This document shows positions 1 to 12,200 of a DNA stretch of 64,000 nt, in pieces (position 1 is the first letter of the stretch; every line of letters starts with the position of its first letter). Where the stretch lies: assembly GCA_950097015.1 (NCBI GenBank), contig CATNEN010000029.1, positions 4,650,001 through 4,714,000 on the forward strand. The letters run 5' to 3'. A program made the position numbers and the translations under genes. The DNA comes from Macrostomum hystrix (Eukaryota; Animalia; Platyhelminthes). The notes beneath the pieces are model-generated. The model was not told the origin of the DNA. It saw only the letters and a list, made by a program, of their open reading frames with translations, and ran no database searches.

Positions 1-147
1 TTATATCGTAAATCAAATGCCTAATTATCCACTGAAAATCTGCCTAGTTGAAACCCTTAATTTATCCAAGGGATTCGAGATTTATCTCCTAATCAGGGGA
101 CGCAATCAACCTCAACAATTATCCCTTAATTTATCCTCAAATTTTAG

Positions 148-297
148 AAAGGCGACCTGCAGGACTGCATGTACCAGGCTCTGATGGAGGATAGACAGGG
201 TTTTGTAAGCTTGTTCCTTGAGCAGGGCTTCTCATTAGAGGACTTTCTAACCGTAAACACTATGGAGAAACTGTACACCGATCAGCTGAAACGATCG
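148..297 (+). CDS. TRPM: TRPM exon (MHR3: [35 protein letters not shown]...)
   Basis: ttttag acceptor, 50 open codons, GT donor at 298; TRPM AL..DR..FV.LFLE.G motif. Confidence 0.9.
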
Positions 298-3200
298 GTA
301 ATGACCTGATCTCATGCACTCATGACTATAATTGACCATCTGACCTGTTAGACATGTTAGAATCCTGTCCAAAGGTCAGAACTCTCACCTGTTAGACATG
401 TTAGAATGCACTGAACAGGTCAGAACTCACACCTGTTAGACATGTTAGAATGCACTGAACAGGTCAGAACTCTCACCTGTTAGACATGTTAGAATACACT
501 GAACAGGTCAGAACTCTCACCTGTTAGACATGTTAGAATGCACTGAACAGGTCAGAACTCACACCTGTTAGACATGTTAGAATGCACTGAACAGGTCAGA
601 ACTCACACCTGTTAGACATGTTAGAATGCACTGAACAGGTCAGAACTCTCACCTGTTAGACATGTTAGAATGCACTAAACAGGTCAGAACTCATACCTGT
701 TAGACATGTTAGAATGCACTGAACAGGTCAGAACTCACACCTGTTAGACATGTTAGAATACACTAAACAGGTCAGAACTCACACCTGTTAGACATGTTAG
801 AATGCACTGAACAGGTCAGAACTCTCACCTGTTAGACATGTTAGAATGCACTGAACAGGTCAGAACTCACACCTGCTAGACATGTTAGAATACACTGAAC
901 AGGTCAGAACTCACACCTGTTAGACATGTTAGAATACACTGAACAGGTCAGAACTCACACCTGTTAGACATGTTAGAATACACTGAACAGGTCAGAACTC
1001 ACACCTGTTAGACATGTTAGAATACACTGAACAGGTCAGAACTCACACCTGTTAGACATGTTAGAATGCACTGAACAGGTCAGAACTCTCACCTGTTAGA
1101 CATGTTAGAATGCACTGAACAGGTCAGAACTCACACCTGCTAGACATGTTAGAATGCACTGAACAGGTCAGAACTCTCACCTGTTAGACATGTTAGAATG
1201 CACTGAACAGGTCAGAACTCACTCAGAACTCACAAAGGACTCAAAGCACATTGGCTTTAAGCCAATCAAATGCTAACAAAAGACATTTCCTATTCATTTC
1301 CCGGTTCCAGAACTCCAAGGCGGCCATCTTCCATCAGCTGTGGGAGCATCATCACCGCTCGCATCGGGTAGGTTCGGGATTTATTTCCCCAATAAATATT
1401 CCTCCCCTAGCTAGCAATAGTGCCAACTTTCTCATTTCCGGAAGCCTTCTCTGTTGACCATCATGGGAGGTAATTTTTGGCTCCTCACACCGAGTGATCA
1501 GTGGCAAACAGTGTCTATTCGAGAGACAACTTTTGCTTTTTGTCTTGTCAGAAAGTTGCAAGGTCATTCTGTTGCCGAAGATTATGATAAATTTTTGTGT
1601 CCCGAGTACAAACTTTCATAAGCCTTCATAAGCTTTGGTTGCTCAAACTCACTATCCCTGTTCATCTACATCACTCCCAGCATCCATCCTTACAATTTTC
1701 CCAACATCTCTCTATATGCCTCCCTACATTCTCCTTGCGTTCTTCTCTATATATTTTCCTTCATCACTTCCTACATATTTTTTCTTATATCCTCTCTAAA
1801 TCCTCTCTAAATCTTCTCTAAATCCTCTCTAAATGCTCCCTACATTCTCCCTACATCATCCCTACATCTCTCCGTACGTCTCTATGGCAGAGCGGCCGGA
1901 AGGTGCGGCTACGAGAGGTCGGCAAGGTGATCAAGATTCTAGCGGGCGACTTCTATCAGCCTCTATACACTAAGAAGGATTTTGAGAAGAACTACACTAG
2001 GTCGACTTTGAGCAACGGCTCAGCCGAAGATCAGGCAGGTCGGTTGATTGGTTGCCGGCTGTTAGTGCAGGGCCTAGCAAACAGTGTGTCCAAATCTGAC
2101 ATACATCCACAGGCAGTTTCAAGAAGACTACACCTCAGCAGCAGCAGCAATTGAGGTCTAACTCCGGTGGCATTCTACCGACGGCCCACCGAGCTCACAG
2201 GCGTCAGGCTGGCCTACCAGAAACCGAGCTGCTGCAGGTGTGCCAGCACCGACATATCGCCGACACTGACGCTGCAGCTGCAGGTAACGCTTGATTGTGA
2301 CCTAATTTGTGAGCTACGCGGATTCGAACTTAGGAGCTTGCCGAAAGACGGCCGCGTTACCGTTCTAAACTTTTCACACTACTGTACAGATTTGAGTAGT
2401 GTGTTTCGCATTTTCTTCAAATTTCTGTCGATTTTTTGCCTTTACAGATTTAGACAACAAAATGGAGTCTGCTCAAGATGCGTGCTCGGAGACGACTGTT
2501 GGTGAGCTGTTAAATCTGCGTTTGTTTCTGAGATTTTTCAATCCTTGTTTCTGAGCATTGGCAAATTTTTTAACGCATTTTTAGCCAGAATAAATCGACC
2601 AGCTTTACTTGGTAACAATGCCATCTTTTACGTTCCTTGGTTAAAAAACTGTCACACTATTTTAGCTTTTGTGACACCACACTTTATAACAGACCCCATA
2701 GTTATACTTTAAGTAGTGCTCTCATTTTAACAAACTCTTTAAGTAGATATTTAACGTACTCAAATATTTTGTCTCCGATTGTCTAGTTGACACGTTTCAA
2801 TTCTTTCTTAAAAACTGAATGTTGTGCTCTTTTGTCAAAGGCCAAAAAAAGATTTTCATCGATTCTCGACGGTCGGCATCTCAAAGACGGTTGTTTTTGT
2901 TGAAGGTTCCGACGGTCGCCGCCGATGCTCCAGACGCCGATGAAGGGGACCCTGGTGCCTGGGATTCTGAGAACAAAGTCCCTACGACAGATGGACTCAG
3001 ATTATTGAGCTAATATGGATTGGCCACAGAGTTTTCACAGAGCAATGTTAGCTGTCCTTGTCACCAGGGTCTTCGATCCGAATCGCTGAACATGTCGATG
3101 ACGCTGACGTCGGACGGCTTTGAAAGTTCATCGTAAAGGGGGGGATTTTGATTCAATTGGTTGACTTTGACGAAAATCGGTCATTCGGTTTGGGAGCTGT

Positions 3201-6200
3201 CGTGAAGTCGGCAGTAGGTGTTTCATACCAGTTTTCTTGATATTTCTATTATCAGTATTTCAACGATTTACAAAAAAATACCTTTCTTGTCTTCGAAGCT
3301 CTGAATCGGGGGCTTTCGACTAGGCACGATCAGCAGCCGCGTCGAATGCCCTCTGACTTGGCGTCCTTAGTTACGACCGCCTGTTGCCAGGCGGACGGTA
3401 AGAGACTGTTGCAGAATCAAATTCTCAAGGCTGTTTTCTTGAAAGCTTGTAAATGCGCTGACAAAAAACCAATGACTCTTATAGACGTTAATAATTAGAG
3501 GGTAAAAGTAATTCACTCAATTTCAATAAACCCTCGGCGAGCCAATCAGAATAGACGAGGGCCCACAACCAATCAAATTAGACAATGTTACGATAGCCAA
3601 TCAGAATGAAGAAGGTAAAAAACTGGCAATAAGAAAAGAAGAAGTCGCCACACAACCAATAGAATTAGACAAAGTCTTCATAGCCAATCAGAATCGACGA
3701 GGGAGCATTTGATTTTTTAACTATTGCATTTACTACTAACCATTTAGCTTTAAAGTTGCTGTGCATTGCACATAGTACTCGTATATTTTGCATGAAATCT
3801 GCAGTTCCTTTACAATGCCACTTTTAATTTACGCTTGAATAATTTATCATTTGAAAACTATCAAAGTTCATTTGTGTCGAATTCAATGGCCATGAAGGCC
3901 TCATTGTACAGTCAGTGAAGAATTCGAACCCGGGACCAACCGAGCGGCGAAAATCGTCTCTGGAGTTCCAGGAGATTCTCAACGCCACCTCCAATATCCT
4001 GGTACGCGGCCAGGCGGGTAGGAGGCGTCGACGGTGGCTGCGAGTAGTGGCAGGTAACCAAAGAAAAAGGATTCGGTTTCGTGGAGCTTCTGGTCAGGTC
4101 GGAGAAAGTCAGGGGAGCTTCAGTCAGGTCAGAAAAAGTCAGGGTAGCTTTAGTCAGGTCAGAAAAGTCAGTGGAGCTTCAGTCAGGTCAGAAAAAGTCA
4201 GGGTAGCTTTAGTCAGGTCAGAAAAAGTCAGGGGAGCTTCAGTCAGGTCAATGAAAGTCAGGCGAGCTTCAGTCAGGTCAGAGGGAAAGTCAGGGGAGCT
4301 TCAGTCAGGTCAGAAAAAGTCAGGGGAGCTTCAGTCAGGTCAGAAAAAGTCAGGGGAGCTTCAGTCAGATTAGGGAAAGTCAGGGGAGCTTCAGTCAGGT
4401 CAGAGAAAGTCAGGGGAGCTTCAGTCAGGTCAGAGAAAGTCAGGGGAGCTTCAGTCAGGTCAGGGGGAAAGTCAGGGGAGCTTCAGTCAGGTCAGAGAAA
4501 GTCAGGGGAGCTTCAGTCAGGTCAGGGGGAAAGTCAGGGGAGCTTCAGTCAGGTCAGGGGGAAAGTCAGGGGAGCTTCAGTCAGATCAGGGAAAGTCAGG
4601 GTAGCCTCAGTCAAGTCAGATAAAGTATTTTAATCTCGGTAAGTACGAGTATACGATTGAGACACAATACGTGCGCATGAAAATAAAGTTTTAAGGAACT
4701 TTCAGTCTTCTATTCGCTAAATTTTACTTCAACTATTAACAAGGTGCACGAGTGCATTTTTTTGTGTCTGATTGCTAATTGACAGCATGTACCGTTAATC
4801 TGACTAACAAGAGTATTATTCACAAAAATGACTTCGATTCCTTGATTCTTCGATTTGCTCGCAGATGCGCACTCAAAGTCGCTAGCCTTCCTCCGGCCTG
4901 CACGCGAGCTGATGATCTGGGCACTGTTGGTTGGCAAACTGCAGATGGCCGAGCTGTTCTGGTCTATGGAGAAGGTCTCTAGTCATGCTTTTCAATTAAG
5001 GCTGCTCATTGACATGCAGGGATACACTTAGAGATGTAGGGATACACTTTGAGATGCAGGGATGCACTTGGAGATTTAGGGATGCCCTTAGAGATGCAGG
5101 GATGCACTTAGAGATGCAGGGATGCACTTAGAGATGCAGGGATGCCCTTAGAGATGTAGGGTTGCCCTTAGAGATTTAGGGATGCCCTTAGAGATGTAGG
5201 GTTGCCCTTAGAGATTTAGGGATGCACTTAGAGATGTAGGGATGCTCTTCGAGATGCAGGGATGCACTTGGAGATGTAGGGATACACTTGCAGATGTAGG
5301 GATGCACTTAGAGATGTAGGGATGCACTTAGATATGTAGGGTTGCCCTTAGAGATTTAGGGATGCACTTTGAGATGTAGGGATGCTCTTCGAGATTTAGG
5401 AATGCCTTAGAGATTTAGGGATGCCCTTAGAGATGCAGGGATGCACTTAGAGATGTAGGGATGCTCTTCGAGATTTAGGAATGCCTTAGAGATTTAGGGA
5501 TGCCCTTAGAGATGCAGGGATGCACTTGGAGATGTAGGGATGCACTTGCAGATGTAGGGGTGCACTTTGAGATGCAGGGATGCACTTAGAGATGTAGGGA
5601 TGCACTTAGAGATGTAGGGATACCCTTAGATGTATAATACGCTTAGAGATGCGCTAGTCAGCAAGGAAGGCTTCGTCATAAAATCTACCCTAGGAACCTA
5701 TCGCTGGCGCTCTGCTGGCGTCCATCCTGCTGAAGGCCATGGAGCGACGGACCGACGATTTCACGGACAAGGAGGAATTCCAGCGAGGCGCGGCCCAGTT
5801 CGAGGATCGCGCCTGGGGCGTCCTGGACCAGTGCTACCGGGAGGACGAGAGCAGGGCGCAGTTTCTCATCAACCGGGAGCTGAACTACTACGGTGACAGC
5901 TCGTGCATCTACCTGGCTGCTGAAGGGGAGAGCATCAAGTTCATGGCCCATCCCTGCTGCCAAGACTTCCTCACCGGTTCGAGCCTATCATACTTCTAGC
6001 TGGACCTTGCCTGGCTTCCAGGGATTCTTGAAGACTGGGATCATTGAAGACTGGGATCATTGAAGACTGGGATCATTGAAGACTGGGATCATTGAAGACT
6101 GGGATCATTGAAGACTGGGATCATTGAAGACTGGGATCATTGAAGACTGGGATCATTGAAGACTGGGATCATTGAAGACTGGGATCATTGTAGACTGGGA

Positions 6201-9200
6201 TCATTGTAGACTGGGATCATTAGGAGTCCACTGAACTTAGGAATGTACCGAAGATAGGAATCGACCAAATATAGGAATCCTCCCGAATCCAGAGATTAAA
6301 ATGTTTTGCGTCGCACCCACAGGTGCGTGGCTGGGGAAGTTGAGCCAGAAGAATTCGTTGACTCGCTACCTACTGGGCACTGTGTGCGGCCTGGCCTGTC
6401 CACCTCTGGTGGCCTCGGTGATGCTTTACAAGCCCGACGAGGAGCGGGGCGGCTGCGGCGAGAGTAGCTGTGCTCATCGCGGCGGCGAGGCGACAGCCGA
6501 CGGCGATGCCCGGAAGTCAAGTCAGGAGAGGTCTGCCAGATTAAACATGAGCATCTCAAACTGACTGCAGTAATCCCACTGTGTTGAATCCTCGATAAAA
6601 AGATATCAAATTCTCGATCCTAAGAAGGGCAAATCCTTAATCCTATGCTATTAGAATTTCAAATCCTCTGTCCCATAATGTCGAATCCTAGATCCTATAT
6701 TGAAAAATCCTTTATCTCAGAATGTCATATCCTGAAGTGCTGTCAATCCTATCTTTTGAACTCGTGCTACATAAAAAATAGGGGAAAATTTGTACTTACA
6801 TTGAAACAGGCCCAGAAATGGTAATAGCGAACAGCTGCGCGGTCGTGGAATGCTTGATATGATGAAAGACTTCTACATGGCACCAGTGATTCGTTTCATC
6901 TACAATACGGTATTAACGATTCTCTAGTATCCATGATTAATTGTGAATTTGTGCCTTTCCCAAAAACACGCAGTCCTGCATTTGGATTATTTCAGATATC
7001 CTACCTGACATTTCTGTTCATATTCAGCTACATGTTGCTCTACAACCTTACTCACAGCATCAGCCCGCTAGAGTGCGTCATCATTGTCTGGATGCTGACC
7101 CTGCTGCTCGAGGAAGTCAAGCAGGTGATTGTAATAAAGGCTTAATCTGTCTCGGTTCCCTTCAAAAGAAAAAATTTCACATGACTTTCACATTGTATTT
7201 TACATGCGTTTCAACAGATTTCACGTAGGTTTCACGTATAATTTCACATGCGTTTCACATAGAATTTCACATGCGTTTCATATTAAATTTCACGTAGGTT
7301 TCACATCGACTTTCACGAAGGTTTCACACCGAATTTCACGAAGGTTTCACATCAAATTTCACGAAGGTTTCACACCACATTTCACATGCGTTTCACATAT
7401 AATTTCACATGCGTTTCACATAGAATTTCACATGCGTTTCATATAAAATTTCACGTAGGTTTCACATCGCCTTTCACGTAGGTTTCACATCGACTTTCAC
7501 GAAGGTTTCACATCGAATTTCACGAAGGTTTCACATCAAATTTCACGAAGGTTTCACATCGAATTTCACGAAGGTTTCACATCAAATTTCAAGAAGGTTT
7601 CACATCGAATTTCACGAAGGTTTCACATCGAATTTCACGAAGGTTTCACATCGAATTTCACGAAGGTTTCACATCAAATTTCACGAAGGTTTCACATCGA
7701 ATTTCACGAAGGTTTCACATCAAATTTCACAAAGGTTTCACATCGAATTTCACGAAGGTTTCACATCAAATTTCACGAAGGTTTCACATCAAATTTCACG
7801 AAGGTTTCACATCGAATTTCACGAAGGTTTCACATCGAGTTATTTACTTCTGGAATAAGCCGCAAATAGCCACGAATTGGTCACAAGGCCGCTATCGCAA
7901 AAGAGACGAGGATCAACCTTGGAAGTGCGTCCACCCCCACACAAGAAGCACCAGGCAGGTTCGCTGGGTCGGCGTTGGCGATCTTCATCCCACCGGTCGG
8001 TTGAATGAAGGCGTGGAGCTCGCTGTCTTCTCCAGAGTGGTCAACTCGTCGATCCCTTGGGGATGCTCTTTCTTAAAGAAAGGGTTTCCTCACATAGGCC
8101 CTCACATAGGCCGCAGAAGGGGCAGGTAGGGGGCCACCCAGTTTGGAGTTAAATGTTTCTCTGGAAGAAACAGGGACCAGTAATGTCCATGCACATCTCC
8201 CTGAGGTCAGTTCTGTTGAGAGAAATCAGGTAATTAGAGACCAGTTAATTTCAGTTATTAGCTGAACGGGCTTGCCTGTAGTCGTCACAGCTGCTTCAGA
8301 GCGTCTGGCGCTGACGCTTGAGCCACTTAGCAATGCTCAGGTTGATCATTGATCTTGGCACCGGAAGACGGACCTCCCGGTGGCCAGCATGCATGTCAGC
8401 AAGCATCCTTGGCTAATTTATCGACGACGTGCTTATTCTTAATGAAATCCCGCAGGCCCTCAAAAAGGTACATGTGTAAAGACGCGTCATAGAAACGCAG
8501 ATGCGACCTTGCAGATGATTCAGTCTCTGGCAGTTTTCTGCAGTGTTTACCCATCAACTACTCTGGCGGTTTCACACCAAGTTTTACACTTCGATAAGTA
8601 TTTGATCGAATTTCACCCGCGTTTCACACATAGAAACACACGTATAGATTTTACATTGGATTTCACATACGTTTCACATCGAATGTCACGTTAGTTTTCC
8701 CATAAAAATCCGTGATTTTCACATCGAATTTCACATAGAATTGTCATTTGAATTCCAATCATACATCATTCCCATCGCCGCAACCTCCAGGCGACTGTAT
8801 CTGGCATCAGCTTCTCCACGTACATTTCGGACAGTTGGAACAAGCTCGACTGCCTGGCCGTCGGGCTGTTCTTCATTGGCCTTGCACTGCGCCTTGCCTC
8901 CTTGGCCCGGCCGGCGCCACCGATTCCCGGCTACAATCCTGTGCTGACCGACGACATTTTCGCTGCAGCCAGGATCTGCTACGCCTTCAGCCTATTCGCC
9001 TACTATATCCGGCTGGTGTACATATTCAGCTTTCACATCGCCCTAGGCCCTAAGTTGATTATGATTGGCAAGATGGTCACCAACGATCTGGTGCCGTTCA
9101 TGGTCATCCTGCTAGTCTTTGTTATCGGCTACGGCGTCACCGTCCAGTCTATCGCCTACCCAGCCGGCCTCTTCACACCGGACTCTGATTTCAACGGCAC

Positions 9201-12200
9201 CCGGCCTGAGCGTATGAGCCGCGGGGCCATTTTTGCCAGCTTTGTCAGCAGGGCCTACTTTCAAATGTTTGGCAATTTCGCGTTGGACGCCGCTCAGGCG
9301 ACAGGTTAGTCTCTGTTCATAGTTTCGGTTAGCAGTCCCTAAACTGTCTCTGTTTCCACTGACCTAATATGGAGTTGGTAGCCCAGTGTGGTTGGAGCTT
9401 TGGACTTCTGAATCAAGTTCGAGCTTCTGGTCGGGAGTTCGAATCTCAGCCCAAGGGATCAGCAATATCTGTCCTTGCAGGTATTAGCATCAGCTGGGGT
9501 AGAAATCTAAGTCGGTGTAAACACACTTTTTTAATGTGCAGTAACATTTAGTTTTTTCTATAATTAATAATAATTTATTATACCTCTGCCCCAATTGGGT
9601 CAGATGTGCAGCCGACAGCACAGCCGCAGCTATTGCGCGGCGCATCTGAAGGCTGCGTACGACTGTTCAGTCCATGGACTGAGGGGACGCCTCACCCACC
9701 CTCAATAACCCCAGCTGATGCTGGTACCCATTTAACAGCTGGGTGAACTAAAGCAATGCAGAGTAAGATTCTTGCTAAGGGACAAAATTGTTCCAGTGGA
9801 GTCGAGAATCGAACCCCCGACCTTCAAGTCGTGAGTCCGATGCTCTATTCGATAAGATTGGCTGTCTGGTTGGTTAGACAGCCAATCTAACCGTTTCTTT
9901 CAGTTTCTTTCAGTTTTATAAGATTTAAAGTACCAACCCTTCGTGACTCCTTCACACAGACCCGGGCTGCAAGGAGGAGGGCCGCTGCCCGCACTGGACC
10001 GGACGGTGGCTCGCGCCGCTGATGCTGGCCGTGTATGTCCTGCTAACCAACATCTTGATGTTCAACCTGCTCATAGCTATGTTCTCAAGCACCTACGAGT
10101 CCATTAATCAGTTCTCGGCGCTGTACTGGAACTACCAGCGCTACAGCATGATCAAGGAGTACACGGAGAGGTCGCCGTTGGCACCGCCTCTGATGGCTAT
10201 CTGGCAGGCCTACCAGCTGCTCAGAGCGTACGGCGGTTGTGGAGGAGGGGAAAAAGCGCCAGTTGACCCGCTGAAGGTTCGCCGACCAGTTGGTGGCCGC
10301 GGCGGCGACCGCGAGCTGGTTAAGTGGGAGCACATGAAGGCCGCCGACTTCCTCAGAGCAGAGCAGCTGCTGTCGCAGTCGCGGCGACACGGTCTCGGCG
10401 GCGTCAACGTTGGATTCAGCGCTGTCGACGTCTGCCGGCGGGAAATTGTTCGTGCCTCCACCTCATCGACGCCAGCTTTAGCTTCGTCGGCTTCATCGTC
10501 GGCGCTGAGCGGAGCAGAGGCGGATTCGGCGGTGCGTCGGGCGGCAGTCGAGGCCGCCGGGGGCCTGGGAGCCGACGTGGAGCGCCGATTTCGCGGCATG
10601 GACGCCCAGCTGGCGCGCCTGGCAGGCAGCGTGCAGGACCGAACGGCCGTCCTCGCCGAGTCCGTCAGCCGAGTCGCCGCGGGTCTGGCCTCAGTGCAGG
10701 TGATCTGCTGGCCGCCCTATCTACCTCCTTACTATCTTCCCTTTTACTAATCAATGCTGCTTAGATAAAATACTAATGGGTTGCCGGGGTGAGTGGCAGA
10801 GCGGTTAACGCGTTCAACTCTCGCACCAAGGTGCCTGAGCTCGATTCCGCGGTGAGGACATATGCACTTGCGGCGCAGCCGTGAAGAGAAGGCTTGGCGG
10901 CTTGTCGTGCACTCCCATTTACGCCCTTGAGGGACAACCTCCAAGGCACAGTAAGAGTGTAAACTGCCTGACGATGCCCGCAGCCCTACTACTATTGTTA
11001 CTATTATTAATGATTTGGGCACTGACGCATCATTTAACGACAGCCCACACCGCTGACCTCTCTGAGCGCACAGTTTTTGATAGTCTGGCAGTGTACACTC
11101 ATTTTTCTTTGATAGGGCTGTTGGTCCTTTGAACGAAAAAATCCGAATCATTCCCAAATCCAAATGAAAGGTAAAACTGTCAGTGGGTTTAAAGTCTCAT
11201 ATTTCAGTGGGCTGATGTCTCACTCCTAGAGGTACGCCAAAAATAATGGAGGACAATGATTTGTCTTCAGGAGGCCCAGTTAGTTCTGGCGCGTCGCCTG
11301 GAGCCCCCGGACTACTCGTCCGCCGTCACAGCCGCCGTTGTGTCAGCCGCCATGTCGGCGGCCGCGGAGGCCAAGTCCTGCCCGCCGGCCTGGTTCAGCG
11401 AGGTTGTCACCCGCGCTGCGGCCGCCGCCATTCGCTCAGCTGAGCCGCCCGCGCCGCTGATACCGCCGGTGCCGCCACAGCCAATGTCTCCGCCGGCTGC
11501 GCCGCTGAAGCCGCTGGTGTCGGACCCGGCTGTGGGCCGCCTGGTGCAGCACCGGTGCCGCGGTCACCGGCTGTGGCGGTTCGCGCCCTTCAACTTTGAA
11601 CGGTATCCGGGCATGCGGATGAACGTCCCACCGGACAGGACAGCGTGGCAGGTGAGTAGTATTAGCAGTAGTATACGGTAATTAATCTTTTGATGTTGAT
11701 AAACATCTAACATAGTTGATAAAAACTGTAATTTAAAATTGTCACTACTAAATACTATTTTTTCAATAGTCTCGTGTGCATTTTACTCGCACTTCTGTTT
11801 ACGATCTATCACGAGCTATCACGAACTTACTGTCACACAGTGGTTAGGGCGTCGGACGCACGAGTCGAATGTCGCGGGTTCGATTCCCGACTCCACTGAA
11901 ACAGTTTGTGTCCTTTAGCAAGATTCTTAACTCTTACATAGATTCAGTTCACTCAGCTGTCCATGAGCTGAGCAGTCGTACGCAACTTTCAGATGCGCCG
12001 CGCAATAGCTACGGCTGTGCTGTTGGCTGCACTTCTGGTAAAATTAGGGCAGGCGTATTCAGTTATTATAACAAAATAAATACAATGCTTAATGACTACC
12101 TTCAGTAGTAAAACAGGAATGGCGGAAAATTTTTCTATTGATTCTATTGATACTGCGTGTGTGTGCTTTTAACTAGTTATTTTTGTAGACGATAGAGCAA

